Notes: generated from the sequence alone by a model not told the origin. Counted from the stretch's first letter, positions 23,515 to 34,355 are shown. The stretch is 64,000 nucleotides of DNA from Aulosira sp. ZfuVER01 (GCA_034530615.2 JAVRCV020000031.1:64001-128000), one strand, 5' to 3'. Program-made: numbers and translations.

Positions 23515-24096
23515 ATGGCAGAGATAAATTGGAGAGGCAAACGCCAACGCCACTTATCTAGGATAATTGGCGCAGGATGGGTAGCGATCGCACTTTGCTT
23601 AACAGGATGTGAGCAAGCGATCGAGTATTTGCCACCCTTGCCGCGAATTAACATACCATCAAACCAGCTGCCACAACCGCCACAACTTGCTCAAAACCCC
23701 CAAACTGCTCAAATTGAGTCACAAGTTCGCCAACAAATCAACCAAGTGCGCCAAAAAAATGGACTTCAACCTCTACAAAACAATGAAAAATTGGCGCAGG
23801 TAGCCAGAAACTACAGTCGCCAAATGATCGAAAAAAACTTTTTCAGCCACACTGGATGGGATGGTAGTACTCTCAGTGAAAGAGTCCGCGCTGGCGGAAT
23901 CTTCTATTGGATGGTAGGAGAAAATTTGTTCAGAAGCAAAAATATTCCCCAGCCTGTACCAGCAGCCGTTGAGGGTTGGTTAGCAAGTCCCGGGCACCGA
24001 GAAAATCTTTTACGTCCAATGTTCAAGGAAACAGGTGTGGGAGTGTGGCGTCAAGGCAATACCTACATCATTACTCAGTTGTTTTTGCGCGGTTAA
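23515..24096 (+). CDS. CAP/SCP domain lipoprotein
   Basis: Lipobox LTGC; INQVRQKNGL, FFSH, GENL, WLASPGHRENLL, GVG. Confidence 0.9.
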   Translation: MAEINWRGKRQRHLSRIIGAGWVAIALCLTGCEQAIEYLPPLPRINIPSNQLPQPPQLAQNPQTAQIESQVRQQINQVRQKNGLQPLQNNEKLAQVARNYSRQMIEKNFFSHTGWDGSTLSERVRAGGIFYWMVGENLFRSKNIPQPVPAAVEGWLASPGHRENLLRPMFKETGVGVWRQGNTYIITQLFLRG

Positions 24097-24122
24097 CAAT
24101 TTCGCGCGTAACAGCTTAGAAA

Positions 24123-24551
24123 TTAGTATCTGCCACTGGGTAAAATTAAAATATCGATCATTTCACCCAATACTAAGCCCAATACTGCTAAGACAGTTAA
24201 AACTAAAAAAGAATCTAGTTTTCTAAAGCCTGCAAAACGCATTTCTAAATCAGCTAAAAATGTCGTTGCTACAGGTATAAGGAAAAGACTAAATAGTAAT
24301 GACCAAGTTGCCACTAGAGCAATTGATAAACTTAAAAATAAAATAATTACTAAGGTTTGAGAGCCAAAATTCAATAGTTGCTCTAACCAAGAAATACTTT
24401 TTCTAGCTATAGCTAAAGCCACAGCAGCTATAAAACATCCTGCTAACCAAATAATGTGATGAGCAGCAAGATACCATCCTAAAAGCGTATAAGCTAGCCA
24501 GAGTAATGCTAAAGGTATCCAAGGAATTCTACTGTGAAAATCTATATTCAT
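24123..24551 (-). CDS. Hypothetical integral membrane protein
   Basis: 142 aa with several hydrophobic helices. Confidence 0.65.
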   Translation of the reverse strand: MNIDFHSRIPWIPLALLWLAYTLLGWYLAAHHIIWLAGCFIAAVALAIARKSISWLEQLLNFGSQTLVIILFLSLSIALVATWSLLFSLFLIPVATTFLADLEMRFAGFRKLDSFLVLTVLAVLGLVLGEMIDILILPSGRY

Positions 24552-25130
24552 AACTCTTAAAAAATCTCACAAATAAAACTAGGTCTTGATTTTAAATAGC
24601 TATTGCAACTGTATCTTTAATAAATCCAAAGATATTTATCTTGAATAAATGTTTTTAAAGTTTGTAAAAAAAATACTAATTTTTAATAATCTATTCAGTC
24701 TTTTGTTGATTAAAAACTTTAAAATCGGCTTTTCTCTCACGCAAATACTGTTAAGAGGTAATTAAGCAGTAGCCGTTCGCCAGTTAAGATGCGCATATAT
24801 TTTAACATAAATTTTCTATTTGCAAGTTAAACCAATTAATTTACTCCTTTAGATATATAGCTGTAATTAACAAGCAAAACTCTCGACAGATATACGATAA
24901 CTTTCCTTTTGCTAAACCTATAATTGAGGCTTTACATTTTGGCATTTCATGCCAACCAGTACACGATTTATAAAAATTATCTTCTCTGGTTAGATAATTT
25001 TAACTTATTGCAAAAAAATGTTGAGCAAAATGTACTGCCAGTTGCCATGTCAGCAATTTATATATGTAAGGATACTTACTAAGTACTGAAGCTCTCATTG
25101 CTCAAGTGATAATAATCAAAGGTAAAGAAT

Positions 25131-25535
25131 ATGTCTGTTGATTTAATACTGCAAAAGAATCTAGTTGCAGATGAGAATATTCATCAAGTAACGCAAAATG
25201 ATGTTAAATATGAGCCAGCAAAATCTAATAACTTTAACATACCTGATGTTGCCATATCTTTAACGCCTCTGGCTTTGCTTATCAGTTGGTTGGTGTTTTT
25301 TTTAATGTTACGCAAGAACCAAGTTGGTGGAGATAATAAAAAAAATTTTGTCATCAATAGTTTACATAAAGTTCCTTGTAAAAACTGTAAGTATTATTCA
25401 AGTAACCATTATCTTAAATGTGCAGTACAACCTTCTATTGTCATGACAGTAGAAGCTAAAAACTGCTCTGAATACTCGCCTCATAAGAGCAAACTGTCTG
25501 CTAAGAATTTCTTTGAAAGAGACGATCGCTCTTAG
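25131..25535 (+). CDS. Membrane-anchored protein with C-terminal 4-Cys motif
   Basis: One TM helix followed by PCKNCKYY...LKCAVQP...NCSEY. Confidence 0.7.
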   Translation: MSVDLILQKNLVADENIHQVTQNDVKYEPAKSNNFNIPDVAISLTPLALLISWLVFFLMLRKNQVGGDNKKNFVINSLHKVPCKNCKYYSSNHYLKCAVQPSIVMTVEAKNCSEYSPHKSKLSAKNFFERDDRS

Positions 25536-25882
25536 TAAATTGTGACTTTGGTTACTAATTGCAGTTGCCAGGAAATTGGGCGATCGCGCTTGACTCATCT
25601 CCTGATTTATTTATTCAGGCTTTACAGGCTATGAGCTTCATCTAGTCTACTGTGTAGTTGCTTGTTGCTGTCTGAATCCAAAATATTTATGGAAATTTTG
25701 CAAAAATTATTATATCGACCTTAAAATATTGTGATAGTTTCTGGTATATTTGTCAGAACCATTCGCATAAAAAGCTAGATTCTGGCTTTTATAGTCGTAA
25801 TTGTTAGCACAACGAAAATTTATCTTTTTGAATTAATTAAGTGCCTTTTTAAATAAGGGCAAATTTTAAGCAATTTATACTT

Positions 25883-26080
25883 ATGATTCTTACCCTAATT
25901 TTAGCTTGGATCGTATTTGCAGTATTGTGGAAAATCCTGAAAACGACCGTAAGAACTGCACTGACTATAGCGGCGATCCTAGTCTTATTACAAATAGGTT
26001 TTGGCATTACTCCGCAAGATATTTTGTATCAGATAATGCGTTTGCCTGAAACCTTGTCCCAAATACGTAGTGGCAAGTGA
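25883..26080 (+). CDS. Small hypothetical membrane protein
   Basis: Two hydrophobic helices; FGITPQD motif. Confidence 0.7.
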   Translation: MILTLILAWIVFAVLWKILKTTVRTALTIAAILVLLQIGFGITPQDILYQIMRLPETLSQIRSGK

Positions 26081-26130
26081 TCGGGATAAAGGATGAAGTA
26101 GCAAAATTTTCATCCTTTATTCTTTCGCTA

Positions 26131-26631
26131 TCAATTATTGTGTATTGCGGAAATCTTTGCTAGGGCATCTTTGACACTTGCAGGTAGCTGACGCATGATC
26201 TTACCTCGCTCACGATCTAATGCTACTAAAGTCACTTTGGCAGTTACATACAATTCTTGTCCATCGGTTGAGACAATAGCATAATCCCAATTGATCCGCA
26301 CACCAGTCACATCAGCCATGCGGGTTTTAACTAACACTGCCATACCTAATTGGATAGAACGATGGTAGCGTACAGAAAGTTCTACAACTGGTAAGTCGCA
26401 ACCTAAAGCTACTAAATCAGCATATTCAATGCCAATAGAACGCAAGCATTCTATCCGTGCCTCTTCCATCCAAGCTATATAGGAACCATGCCAGACAACG
26501 CCCGTATAATCGGTATGGTGAGGTTGAACTCTCACAGGATAGGCAAACCAATTGTCAAATGCATGATTTAATGACTTTTCAATGGCACTAGTGGGTGGTA
26601 GTTCGGGTTGACTTGGTTTTCCTGGTGACAT
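26131..26631 (-). CDS. Acyl-CoA thioesterase (4HBT/YbgC hot-dog family)
   Basis: RVQPHHTDYTGVVWHGSYIAWMEEAR. Confidence 0.92.
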   Translation of the reverse strand: MSPGKPSQPELPPTSAIEKSLNHAFDNWFAYPVRVQPHHTDYTGVVWHGSYIAWMEEARIECLRSIGIEYADLVALGCDLPVVELSVRYHRSIQLGMAVLVKTRMADVTGVRINWDYAIVSTDGQELYVTAKVTLVALDRERGKIMRQLPASVKDALAKISAIHNN

Positions 26632-26833
26632 CTTGTAATTTCTGAGTAACTATGAATTTCTTCTTTTGACATAGCATAAAAATCAGTTACTGAGAATTGG
26701 GAGCGCTCATCCAAGAATCCTATAACTTCTTATAAAACCAAGTGCAGCTATGGTTTCATAGTTGTGGGTAGTGTCAAATTGTAGAATTTACAAATTTTGC
26801 ATTGACGCTGCCAAAAATAGGAGGTGTTTGGTT

Positions 26834-28906
26834 ATGCTGTCATATCTTCAGCGTTTCAGTGTTGTTTTTGTTACTAGTCTTGTCTTTTTAGGTTCTGGGT
26901 GTAGCCAGATTAAGAATCAACAGGTAAATTCAAATGTTAGCCCACAGCCAAAATCCACAGAAACAACTCAGCCTTCTCCTATTGACCAGAAAGGCTCACA
27001 AATCAGAGTAATCAACACAGAGGCGATGAAAATCTCTGAGCAAGGTCAGTTAAAAGAAGCTTTGCAGAGATTAGAACAAGCTTTAGCCATTAGCAGAGAT
27101 GTGGCAGACCGTTATTGGGAAGCTGTAACTTTGAACAACATTGGCAGAATCTACCAAAAACAAGCCAATTACTCTCAAGCTCTCCAATCTTATCAGCAAG
27201 CTTTATTGATTAATCGAGAACTTGGCGATCGCGTCCAACTCGGTAAAACCTATAGTAATATCGGTTACTTATTTGATGTCCAGAACCAACCAGAGTTAGC
27301 AATTTTCTTTTACAAGCATTGTCTAATTAATCGTGAGACGGCGCGGCTAAATCCATCACTGCTTGCGGAACCGCAGCCAGAAGCCTACAGCATCACTGTT
27401 ACCCAAACTTATCGCATTTTAGGTGACAAACTGCTGAAACAAGGACGTGTGGCAGAAGCACAACGAACTATGGATTTGCTCAAAGTTGAAGAAGTAGAGG
27501 GTTTTATCCAAGGGGTGCGTGGTAATGACAAAACTGCTAAAGGCATTGATATTATCCCCGAAGAAAAAGCCACTAAACAAAAGTTAGAGCAAACCCTGGA
27601 TAATGCTGTAGAACTCGGTAAGGAATTAACAAAACTACGCAAAATTTCCCCCGAACAGCGATCGCCACAAGACAAACAACGTATCGAGCAATTAGTATTA
27701 AGTCAGCAACAACTCTTAAAGCAATTTAACGATTTTATTTCCAGTCCACCAGTTAGGTCACAGTTGGATCAAATTAGCCGTACCGCCAAGCGACAAAGTT
27801 TGGATTTGGAAAGTATCAACGAACTCCGGGATAATTTAGCCAAGTTACCCCAAAAATCTATATTAATTTATCCCTTAGTGCTGCAAGATAGCTTGGAATT
27901 AGTAGTAGTAAGTCCGGAGGCTGTGCCCATTCATCGCACAGTTGCTGTAACGAGGGAGCAGCTAAACCAGGCAATTGCGGCTTTCCGCCAAGACCTACAA
28001 AATCCTCGGAGTAATAATGCCAAAAAAACTGGAAGCCAGTTGTATAACTGGCTGATCAAACCAATAGAAAATGACATCAAAATTTCAGGTGCCAAGCAAC
28101 TAATTTACGCACCAGATGACCAGTTACGCTATATTCCTCTAACTGCTTTGTATGATGGCAAGCAATGGCTAATTGAGCGCTTTAGCGTCAATTACATTAC
28201 TGCTGCTAGCCTGAGTAACTTCAACACCCCTCCCCAATCAAAATTCCGGGTTTTAGCTGGTGCTTTTACTAAGGGTAACTATCAAGTTGAGGTAGGTAAT
28301 CAACGACTGGCTTTTTCTGGTTTACCATTTGCTGGACAAGAAGTAGAAAGTTTAGCCGCCACTATTCCCGGAACGCAAAAACTGATCGATGAAGCCTTCA
28401 GCCCCCAAGCTACTGTACCGCAAATGGATGATTACACGATTGTCCATTTAGCTACTCATGCTGCTTTTGTGATGGGTCAACCAGAAGACTCATTTATTTT
28501 ATTTGGCAATGGCGATCGCGTTAATCTCAAAGATGTCGCCACTTGGTCTTTACCCCATGTCGATTTGGTAGTTTTAAGCGCTTGTGAAACCGGCTTGGGA
28601 GGTAAATTAGGTAATGGTGAGGAAATTTTAGGCTTTGCTTACCAAATGCAAAAAACAGGCGCTAGAGCAACTATTGCTTCCCTGTGGTCTGTAGATGATG
28701 GTGGTACTCAAGCATTGATGAGTGCTTTTTACACCCTGTTATCCTCAGGTAAGCTAACCAAAGCAGAAGCTTTGCGACAAGCACAAATTGCATTAATTGC
28801 TGGAGACTCGAAGGGAAAAAATAACGCTATTCCTATAGCAACAAGCAGTGGCCTCAGCCATCCCTACTATTGGGCCCCGTTTATTCTGATTGGTAATGGG
28901 TTGTGA
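26834..28906 (+). CDS. TPR-CHAT (caspase-like) domain protein, putative lipoprotein
   Basis: Signal with GSGC; TPRs (EAVTLNNIG..Y); CHAT motifs HLATHA, LVVLSACETG, ASLWSVDD, HPYYWAPF. Confidence 0.9.
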   Translation: MLSYLQRFSVVFVTSLVFLGSGCSQIKNQQVNSNVSPQPKSTETTQPSPIDQKGSQIRVINTEAMKISEQGQLKEALQRLEQALAISRDVADRYWEAVTLNNIGRIYQKQANYSQALQSYQQALLINRELGDRVQLGKTYSNIGYLFDVQNQPELAIFFYKHCLINRETARLNPSLLAEPQPEAYSITVTQTYRILGDKLLKQGRVAEAQRTMDLLKVEEVEGFIQGVRGNDKTAKGIDIIPEEKATKQKLEQTLDNAVELGKELTKLRKISPEQRSPQDKQRIEQLVLSQQQLLKQFNDFISSPPVRSQLDQISRTAKRQSLDLESINELRDNLAKLPQKSILIYPLVLQDSLELVVVSPEAVPIHRTVAVTREQLNQAIAAFRQDLQNPRSNNAKKTGSQLYNWLIKPIENDIKISGAKQLIYAPDDQLRYIPLTALYDGKQWLIERFSVNYITAASLSNFNTPPQSKFRVLAGAFTKGNYQVEVGNQRLAFSGLPFAGQEVESLAATIPGTQKLIDEAFSPQATVPQMDDYTIVHLATHAAFVMGQPEDSFILFGNGDRVNLKDVATWSLPHVDLVVLSACETGLGGKLGNGEEILGFAYQMQKTGARATIASLWSVDDGGTQALMSAFYTLLSSGKLTKAEALRQAQIALIAGDSKGKNNAIPIATSSGLSHPYYWAPFILIGNGL

Positions 28907-29174
28907 TGATTTACTGCTTCTTTGAAAATGCCAAATTTCTAAATTCTTTCCTCAAGTAAATTAATGTTTTTCACGATCTAAAATTTTTTCTTCGGAGAAA
29001 AATCACCCAACCTACTGGAATTATTATTCTTGGTCAGCCAGTCATAGAGAAATCAATTAACGGTAATGGTGAATAGGTAATAAATGAGTGACAACTAACT
29101 CATAATTACCAATTCCCAATTACCAGATAGCCATTTGTACTTGTTTTGCAATAACCCATTAGATGCAAGAATCC

Positions 29175-29522
29175 TTAAAACTTCTTGGCGAGGGCTTTAT
29201 TAGCTGTAGTACAGGCTGGTGCTGCTTGCTTGACAATATTAGCAAGCTCTTGTAGCTGATTAATCGCTTCCGCACCTTCTAACTTCATTAATTCGCGGTC
29301 ATCACGCATTTCTGTCCAAGTAATTCCGTAGTCGGATACTAAAAACCGAATTAAGTGATTATCTCCCAAGCTCACCATAAATGAAGCACTATTCATCTGG
29401 TCGCCACAGGTATAACAGGACGCAGGATATCCGCGTCGCTCCAGTACAATTGCTAAGGCTTGCAGGTTCATTACCAAGTCTTGAACGAATTGCCGATGTT
29501 GATGCGCTAGTCTCAGAAACAC
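29175..29522 (-). CDS. DUF1815 family protein
   Basis: FLRLAHQHRQFVQDLVMNLQALA...ASCYTC...RFLVSDYGITWTE; GGAGG RBS before GTG. Confidence 0.85.
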   Translation of the reverse strand: MFLRLAHQHRQFVQDLVMNLQALAIVLERRGYPASCYTCGDQMNSASFMVSLGDNHLIRFLVSDYGITWTEMRDDRELMKLEGAEAINQLQELANIVKQAAPACTTANKALAKKF

Positions 29523-30409
29523 TTTTGTCCTCCAGACACCACAGTCATTTGAGTTTCTTTTATATTTTCTTTAGATTTTCTCATCCACTGGTATTGTAAA
29601 CTATCCATTACAATAACCAAATGTTTACGTAGACTTTTATTGACTACCTTGCTTAGGGTAGTGGATAACGGTTTTGAGTACCGTATCAAAGTATTCAGTT
29701 TGTAGACTCAAAATATCAGACAGAATTGCAAAATTTAAGATTGTATTTATGCGCTTCTGTCAGTTTAGATGCTTATGAGAAGCGATCCGCTTTAAGAGTA
29801 ACTTAAATTTGTCACTAGTCAACCATATAAAAGATACATATTGGATTTTACTTGACTAATGTAGCTATATCTCTTACTGGTAAAGGCTTTCAAACTATTT
29901 TTTGTAGCCTGAGTAACATAGGCTGGCTTAATGATTCAGTTTATTCTCTAACATCTGCTTGTTATACCCCAAGTAATTGATAGGCCGATTTACATTCTCC
30001 CTAATCTAGGGTGTTTGGCAGATGACCGTACAACTTAGAGATTTGGTATTCCCCACGACTGGATAAGTTAGTCGGTTTTGATTATACATTCGGTGTGTCG
30101 TTAGTCCAATGCCAAATGTAAAACCTAAAATCAATAGATTTAATACTGAGAATAACTCGTCTGAGAAAACCAGTGTTGCCATTTAGGCAAGATTTTCAGG
30201 GCTTGTGACATCATAGCGAAAATGTTGCCTAAGCTACTGAAAACTTATAAGGAATAATAGCAAAAAGTTACATAAAATACAGAAAATTTAATCATTAGGC
30301 GTAATTATGCGGTGTGAAGGGGACAGAGAAAGGGTAACAGCATAGAGAATATGTAATTAATTTTGTTTAGATACTTAACAGCAGTAATAGTTTTCGTTTT
30401 GTATAGATA

Positions 30410-30447
30410 CAGAGGAGGGGCACAAATACGATCGTGCCCCTCCTCTG
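30410..30447 (-). terminator. Perfect 14-bp hairpin downstream of DUF2839 (terminator or REP)
   Basis: CAGAGGAGGGGCAC...GTGCCCCTCCTCTG. Confidence 0.65.
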
Positions 30448-30507
30448 GAATTCAATATTCACTCAACGTCAAACCCACTTTGGCAATCATCATAGCGATC
30501 GCCAATG

Positions 30508-30723
30508 TCAAGATACTACTTGCCACCAACCGAAAGCTGGGCCGATAAAACGGATAGTTACCCAAGCTAGAACCATACCACCAATCCCAATCCAGGCACC
30601 GCGAGTAGACCAACGGACAAAGAGATCGGCTTGAGATTTAGTAATGGGAACCCAAGGTAAGATCCGAGTCTCTTGACCGTATTGTTCTCCAAGTTTACTT
30701 TTACGACGCTTTGCTTCACCCAT
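30508..30723 (-). CDS. DUF2839 family protein
   Basis: MGEAKRRK N-terminus; RGAWIGIG..WVTIRFIGPAFGWW. Confidence 0.9.
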   Translation of the reverse strand: MGEAKRRKSKLGEQYGQETRILPWVPITKSQADLFVRWSTRGAWIGIGGMVLAWVTIRFIGPAFGWWQVVS

Positions 30724-30940
30724 AATCTGCAATTTAAAATTCTAATTTCATTTAAGTTCTTAGTTTGATTGGCATCGATCGCAAATACAGCAGAGCAGGT
30801 AATTAATCTATTCTCTGGTGTCAATGCAGCTGATAAAGCAGAAAATGCCTGAGTAAGCAGATCATAGCGTTTGCTGTGAAGCGATCGGGCGGCGGTTGAC
30901 AAAACGTAAATAGTCAAGAGTCAAGGTTCAATAGACATTT

Positions 30941-32521
30941 TTAGGCAGAATTTTCTTCATTGTTATGGGAGAACAAACTGGGATCGAGATAATTAATTCT
31001 TGCTAAAGGGCTGAGACTAGCGAGAATTTGCGCACCGTAGCTGCGATTTACTACACGTCCATCAAGTAACGCCACAATACCTTGACTTTCTCGCACTGGA
31101 GCCACGGCTCGTTGTAATTCATTCAAAGCTGTGGGTAATAAATATAAGCGAAACCAATCTTGATGCGATCGCTTATAGTGAGCTACCCTACCCGCCACTA
31201 GAGGACTTTCTAAAGATGGTAAGGGCAAAGTCGCAATAATTAACAAGTGGGGTGCGGGTAAAACACCTTGATGTTCTCGCCAAAATTCCCAACCGCTAAT
31301 TAAAATGCCGTTTTCATCCAAGCAAGTTTTTTCCACCTGCACTCGCGAACCAAATTCAGCAGCCAAAATTGCTCCTACTTGAGCTTTTAGTGGCACATCC
31401 CCAATTAACACAACTGTTAATCCTGGTGCAGTCGCACTTAGGCAAAGCAGTGTCCGAACTTTGTGAATAAATGCTGCTTGAAATTCTGGCGTGTTTGGTA
31501 GGGGCAACTTATAAGGTACATAAAGTTGAATAGCGTCTGTTTGGCTATCAGCAGAGAACTTCAGACAAGTGACATCTTCCAATCCCAAGCGCTGACGGAA
31601 CAAGGGAGCCTCAGTTTCTGGTTCCAAAGCACTACCAACGAAAACTACAGGTTGCCGCTGCCAAATAGGTGAGATGATTTTTCCTAATTCAATGGGAGCG
31701 CAGTGTAACGAAAACAAACCTTGACGACGAGCGATAGTTGCCCAGAGGAGGGGAGGCGATGGCGGAGACGAGGAAGAGAAATTCTCATTGATATTTTGGA
31801 AGTACTGCCAGAAATTTTTCCAAGCCTGTGGAAGTTCAGCTAGATCTAACTCTAAATACAGATGCTGCAAAACCTCGATTTCTGGTTGGGAAATGAGATA
31901 GCACTCATAGGGATTAGCTGGATGTTGGAAAAACTCTTTCGTCAGTTGCGCTCGTGCAGAGCGGATTAAATCAGCTTGTTCGGGACAAGCCAGCATCAGT
32001 TCTTCCCAATCCTGGGGCTGAATATTTTGGGTGAGTTGATGACGTACCCAATCTTCCAAATCGTCTACCCCATCAATAATTGTGGGAATGCCCGCCGGAA
32101 AATGCTCTTGCTCTGCTAATTGTCTGCTTAACCAAGCTGCTGGGGTAGTTAGCAGTAGCCCTTGGAACTCAGATCCAGGCCAATCGTCACCAGTTCTAAT
32201 CGGTTTTTTGGCTTGCAGCCACTGCTGTAGCCTCGGAATTTCGACTTTTAACAACCGTTGTTGCACTGCTTCAGGTGCAACAATAATTACAGGGCCGTGC
32301 CACATCAATGCCGAGGCGACAAAACTCGTGCGATATCGTCCTTGATAGCCACAAACTGCCCCGACTTGAATTAAGGCGCTACGTCCCAAGCGCAAGGCGC
32401 GTGCTACCAACCTTGCCATCGTTAAGTGATGGGGCCAGGAAGGGAAACCCGCCTGCGATCGCAAAAAGTTATGTAGTGACAAATGAACTTCTGCCTCAAT
32501 CACACGCTTCATCCCATACAA
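30941..32521 (-). CDS. DinG-like helicase C-terminal-domain protein (apparently degenerate ATPase)
   Basis: WPHHLTMARLVARAL; C-terminal LIIATLP.P, LQRAVAPVR, GIVALLDGRV..RSYG; true start probably GTG 32503. Confidence 0.8.
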   Translation of the reverse strand: MYGMKRVIEAEVHLSLHNFLRSQAGFPSWPHHLTMARLVARALRLGRSALIQVGAVCGYQGRYRTSFVASALMWHGPVIIVAPEAVQQRLLKVEIPRLQQWLQAKKPIRTGDDWPGSEFQGLLLTTPAAWLSRQLAEQEHFPAGIPTIIDGVDDLEDWVRHQLTQNIQPQDWEELMLACPEQADLIRSARAQLTKEFFQHPANPYECYLISQPEIEVLQHLYLELDLAELPQAWKNFWQYFQNINENFSSSSPPSPPLLWATIARRQGLFSLHCAPIELGKIISPIWQRQPVVFVGSALEPETEAPLFRQRLGLEDVTCLKFSADSQTDAIQLYVPYKLPLPNTPEFQAAFIHKVRTLLCLSATAPGLTVVLIGDVPLKAQVGAILAAEFGSRVQVEKTCLDENGILISGWEFWREHQGVLPAPHLLIIATLPLPSLESPLVAGRVAHYKRSHQDWFRLYLLPTALNELQRAVAPVRESQGIVALLDGRVVNRSYGAQILASLSPLARINYLDPSLFSHNNEENSA

Positions 32522-32633
32522 AGTAACTTTTACTTCCGAATAGCCCCATTTCTATTATCTTGTCATTAGTCATTAGTTATTTGTCGTTTTGAGTTAGTAA
32601 TGACAAGTGACAAATCACCAATCTCCCTGAACT

Positions 32634-33596
32634 ATGCCAACTTACACAGGAATCTCCAGCGAAGCCTTCAAGCATCCACTGGATCGCCAAGCCGAGCAAG
32701 CTTTACGAAATTTACCGGGGTTTGATTTAATCGCCCGTAAATTTGTGGAATTTCTCTACGAACGCCCGCAGTTAGTTTATTTAATGGGTAACACCATCCA
32801 AGTTGGGCCGCGTCAATACTCCACTATTTACCAGATGTTTCGCGAATGTGTGCGGGATTTGGATATTTATCCAGAACCAACACTGTTTGTCTTGCAGAAT
32901 CCCCAAGCCAATAGCTATGCATTGGGGCAAGAGAATCCTTACATAGTCATAAATACAGGGATACTAGACTTACTAGACGAAGTCGAAATTCGGGCGGTGC
33001 TAGCCCATGAACTGGGGCATATTAAATGTGGTCATACTATTTTAATTCAAATGGCGATATGGGCGATGGGTGCTGCCTCTGCCTTGGGTGAGTTGACCTT
33101 TGGTATTGGCAATTTAGTAACTCAGGGCTTGATTTACGCCTTTTTTGAATGGCGGCGCAAAGCGGAGTTATCAGCCGATCGCGCGGCGCTGTTAGTGATG
33201 GATGACTTAAATCCAGTCATGTCTTCGATGATGAAAGTCTCTGGCGGTAGTATCAAATATGCCAATGAGTGCAGTTTACAAGAATTTATCCGGCAGTCAG
33301 AAAATTATCAGGCACTAGACGCCGATGGATTAAATCAAGTCTACAAATTCCTGATGTACAATGGCGCTCAAGGCATGATGTTGACCCATCCTTTTGCTGT
33401 AGAACGCTTGCGTTATTTACGAGAGTGGGCAGTATCTGAAGAATACCAGCAAATTCGCCGAGGCAATTATCAGCGATCGCCTGCATCTGGAGCCGTCAAT
33501 GTTCCATCTCAAACACCAGAAAATGATGCAGAAGCTTTGCGTCGGCAAATTGAAGAATTACAACAGGAAATTAATAGAATGAAAAAATCTGAATAA
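32634..33596 (+). CDS. M48 family zinc metallopeptidase
   Basis: AVLAHELGH (HExxH), AELSADR, THP. Confidence 0.93.
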   Translation: MPTYTGISSEAFKHPLDRQAEQALRNLPGFDLIARKFVEFLYERPQLVYLMGNTIQVGPRQYSTIYQMFRECVRDLDIYPEPTLFVLQNPQANSYALGQENPYIVINTGILDLLDEVEIRAVLAHELGHIKCGHTILIQMAIWAMGAASALGELTFGIGNLVTQGLIYAFFEWRRKAELSADRAALLVMDDLNPVMSSMMKVSGGSIKYANECSLQEFIRQSENYQALDADGLNQVYKFLMYNGAQGMMLTHPFAVERLRYLREWAVSEEYQQIRRGNYQRSPASGAVNVPSQTPENDAEALRRQIEELQQEINRMKKSE

Positions 33597-33719
33597 GTCT
33601 TGGTGGTTAGGGTGTACAGTGCGAGCTGTCTGCACCCTAATCTTTAACCCTATTGCCTACTGCCTACATCTAGGAGTAAGTTCAGAAATTGAATAGGAGC
33701 GCTAGAGAAATTTCTGAAG

Positions 33720-34130
33720 ATGAGAAATAAATTGACAAAACAAATATTTGTATTAGTTACAATTATTACCTTAGTCTTTTTTGCACCTGCGATCGCCTTA
33801 GCAACACCGACTCAACACGAAGGTAGCCACACCATAATTATTGCTCAAGCAGCCACTTCATCCTTAGAGCTTGACCTAACTCCCCAAGAACGCCAACAAC
33901 TCCAAGCTGTGCGTCAACGCAGAAATAAGGAAATTAAGGCTGTTTTGAACTCATCCCAACGTGCCCAACTCGCTCAACATTTGCGACATGGTAATAACTT
34001 AAATCAGGCTTTAGAAAAACTAAATTTGCGATCGGAACAGAAAGATTTTGTCAAGGCAATAATGCAATTGACTAATTTGAAAATCAAAGCAATTTTATCA
34101 CGGCATTCGCTAACATTAGGTCATAAATAA
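33720..34130 (+). CDS. Secreted helical protein (Spy/CpxP-like)
   Basis: Signal peptide; LDLTPQE and VLNSSQ resemble LTxxQ motifs. Confidence 0.6.
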   Translation: MRNKLTKQIFVLVTIITLVFFAPAIALATPTQHEGSHTIIIAQAATSSLELDLTPQERQQLQAVRQRRNKEIKAVLNSSQRAQLAQHLRHGNNLNQALEKLNLRSEQKDFVKAIMQLTNLKIKAILSRHSLTLGHK

Positions 34131-34268
34131 AGGACAAAATTCTCGTGCTGGTTGTCTGAGTTATAGAAGACTAAGAGCCTATTATCAAGTAAATATTTAA
34201 GTAGAGTTTGTTAAGGGCTATGTAAGTATTCGATAATTTAAAAGAGTGAGCTTAAATTCAGAGAATTA

Positions 34269-34353
34269 TAAGTATCTAAGCAGAATTAATTACATACATT
34301 ATTTTCCTGTTTCCCTATCTCCAGGAATAAATTGAATTTTTCACGACTACTTA
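34269..34353. mobile_element. TAAGTA-ended small inverted-repeat element
   Basis: TAAGTATCTAAGCAGAATTAATTAC...TACTTA; left end matches the reverse complement of 30350-30377 at 26/28. Confidence 0.5.
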
Positions 34354-34355
34354 TT

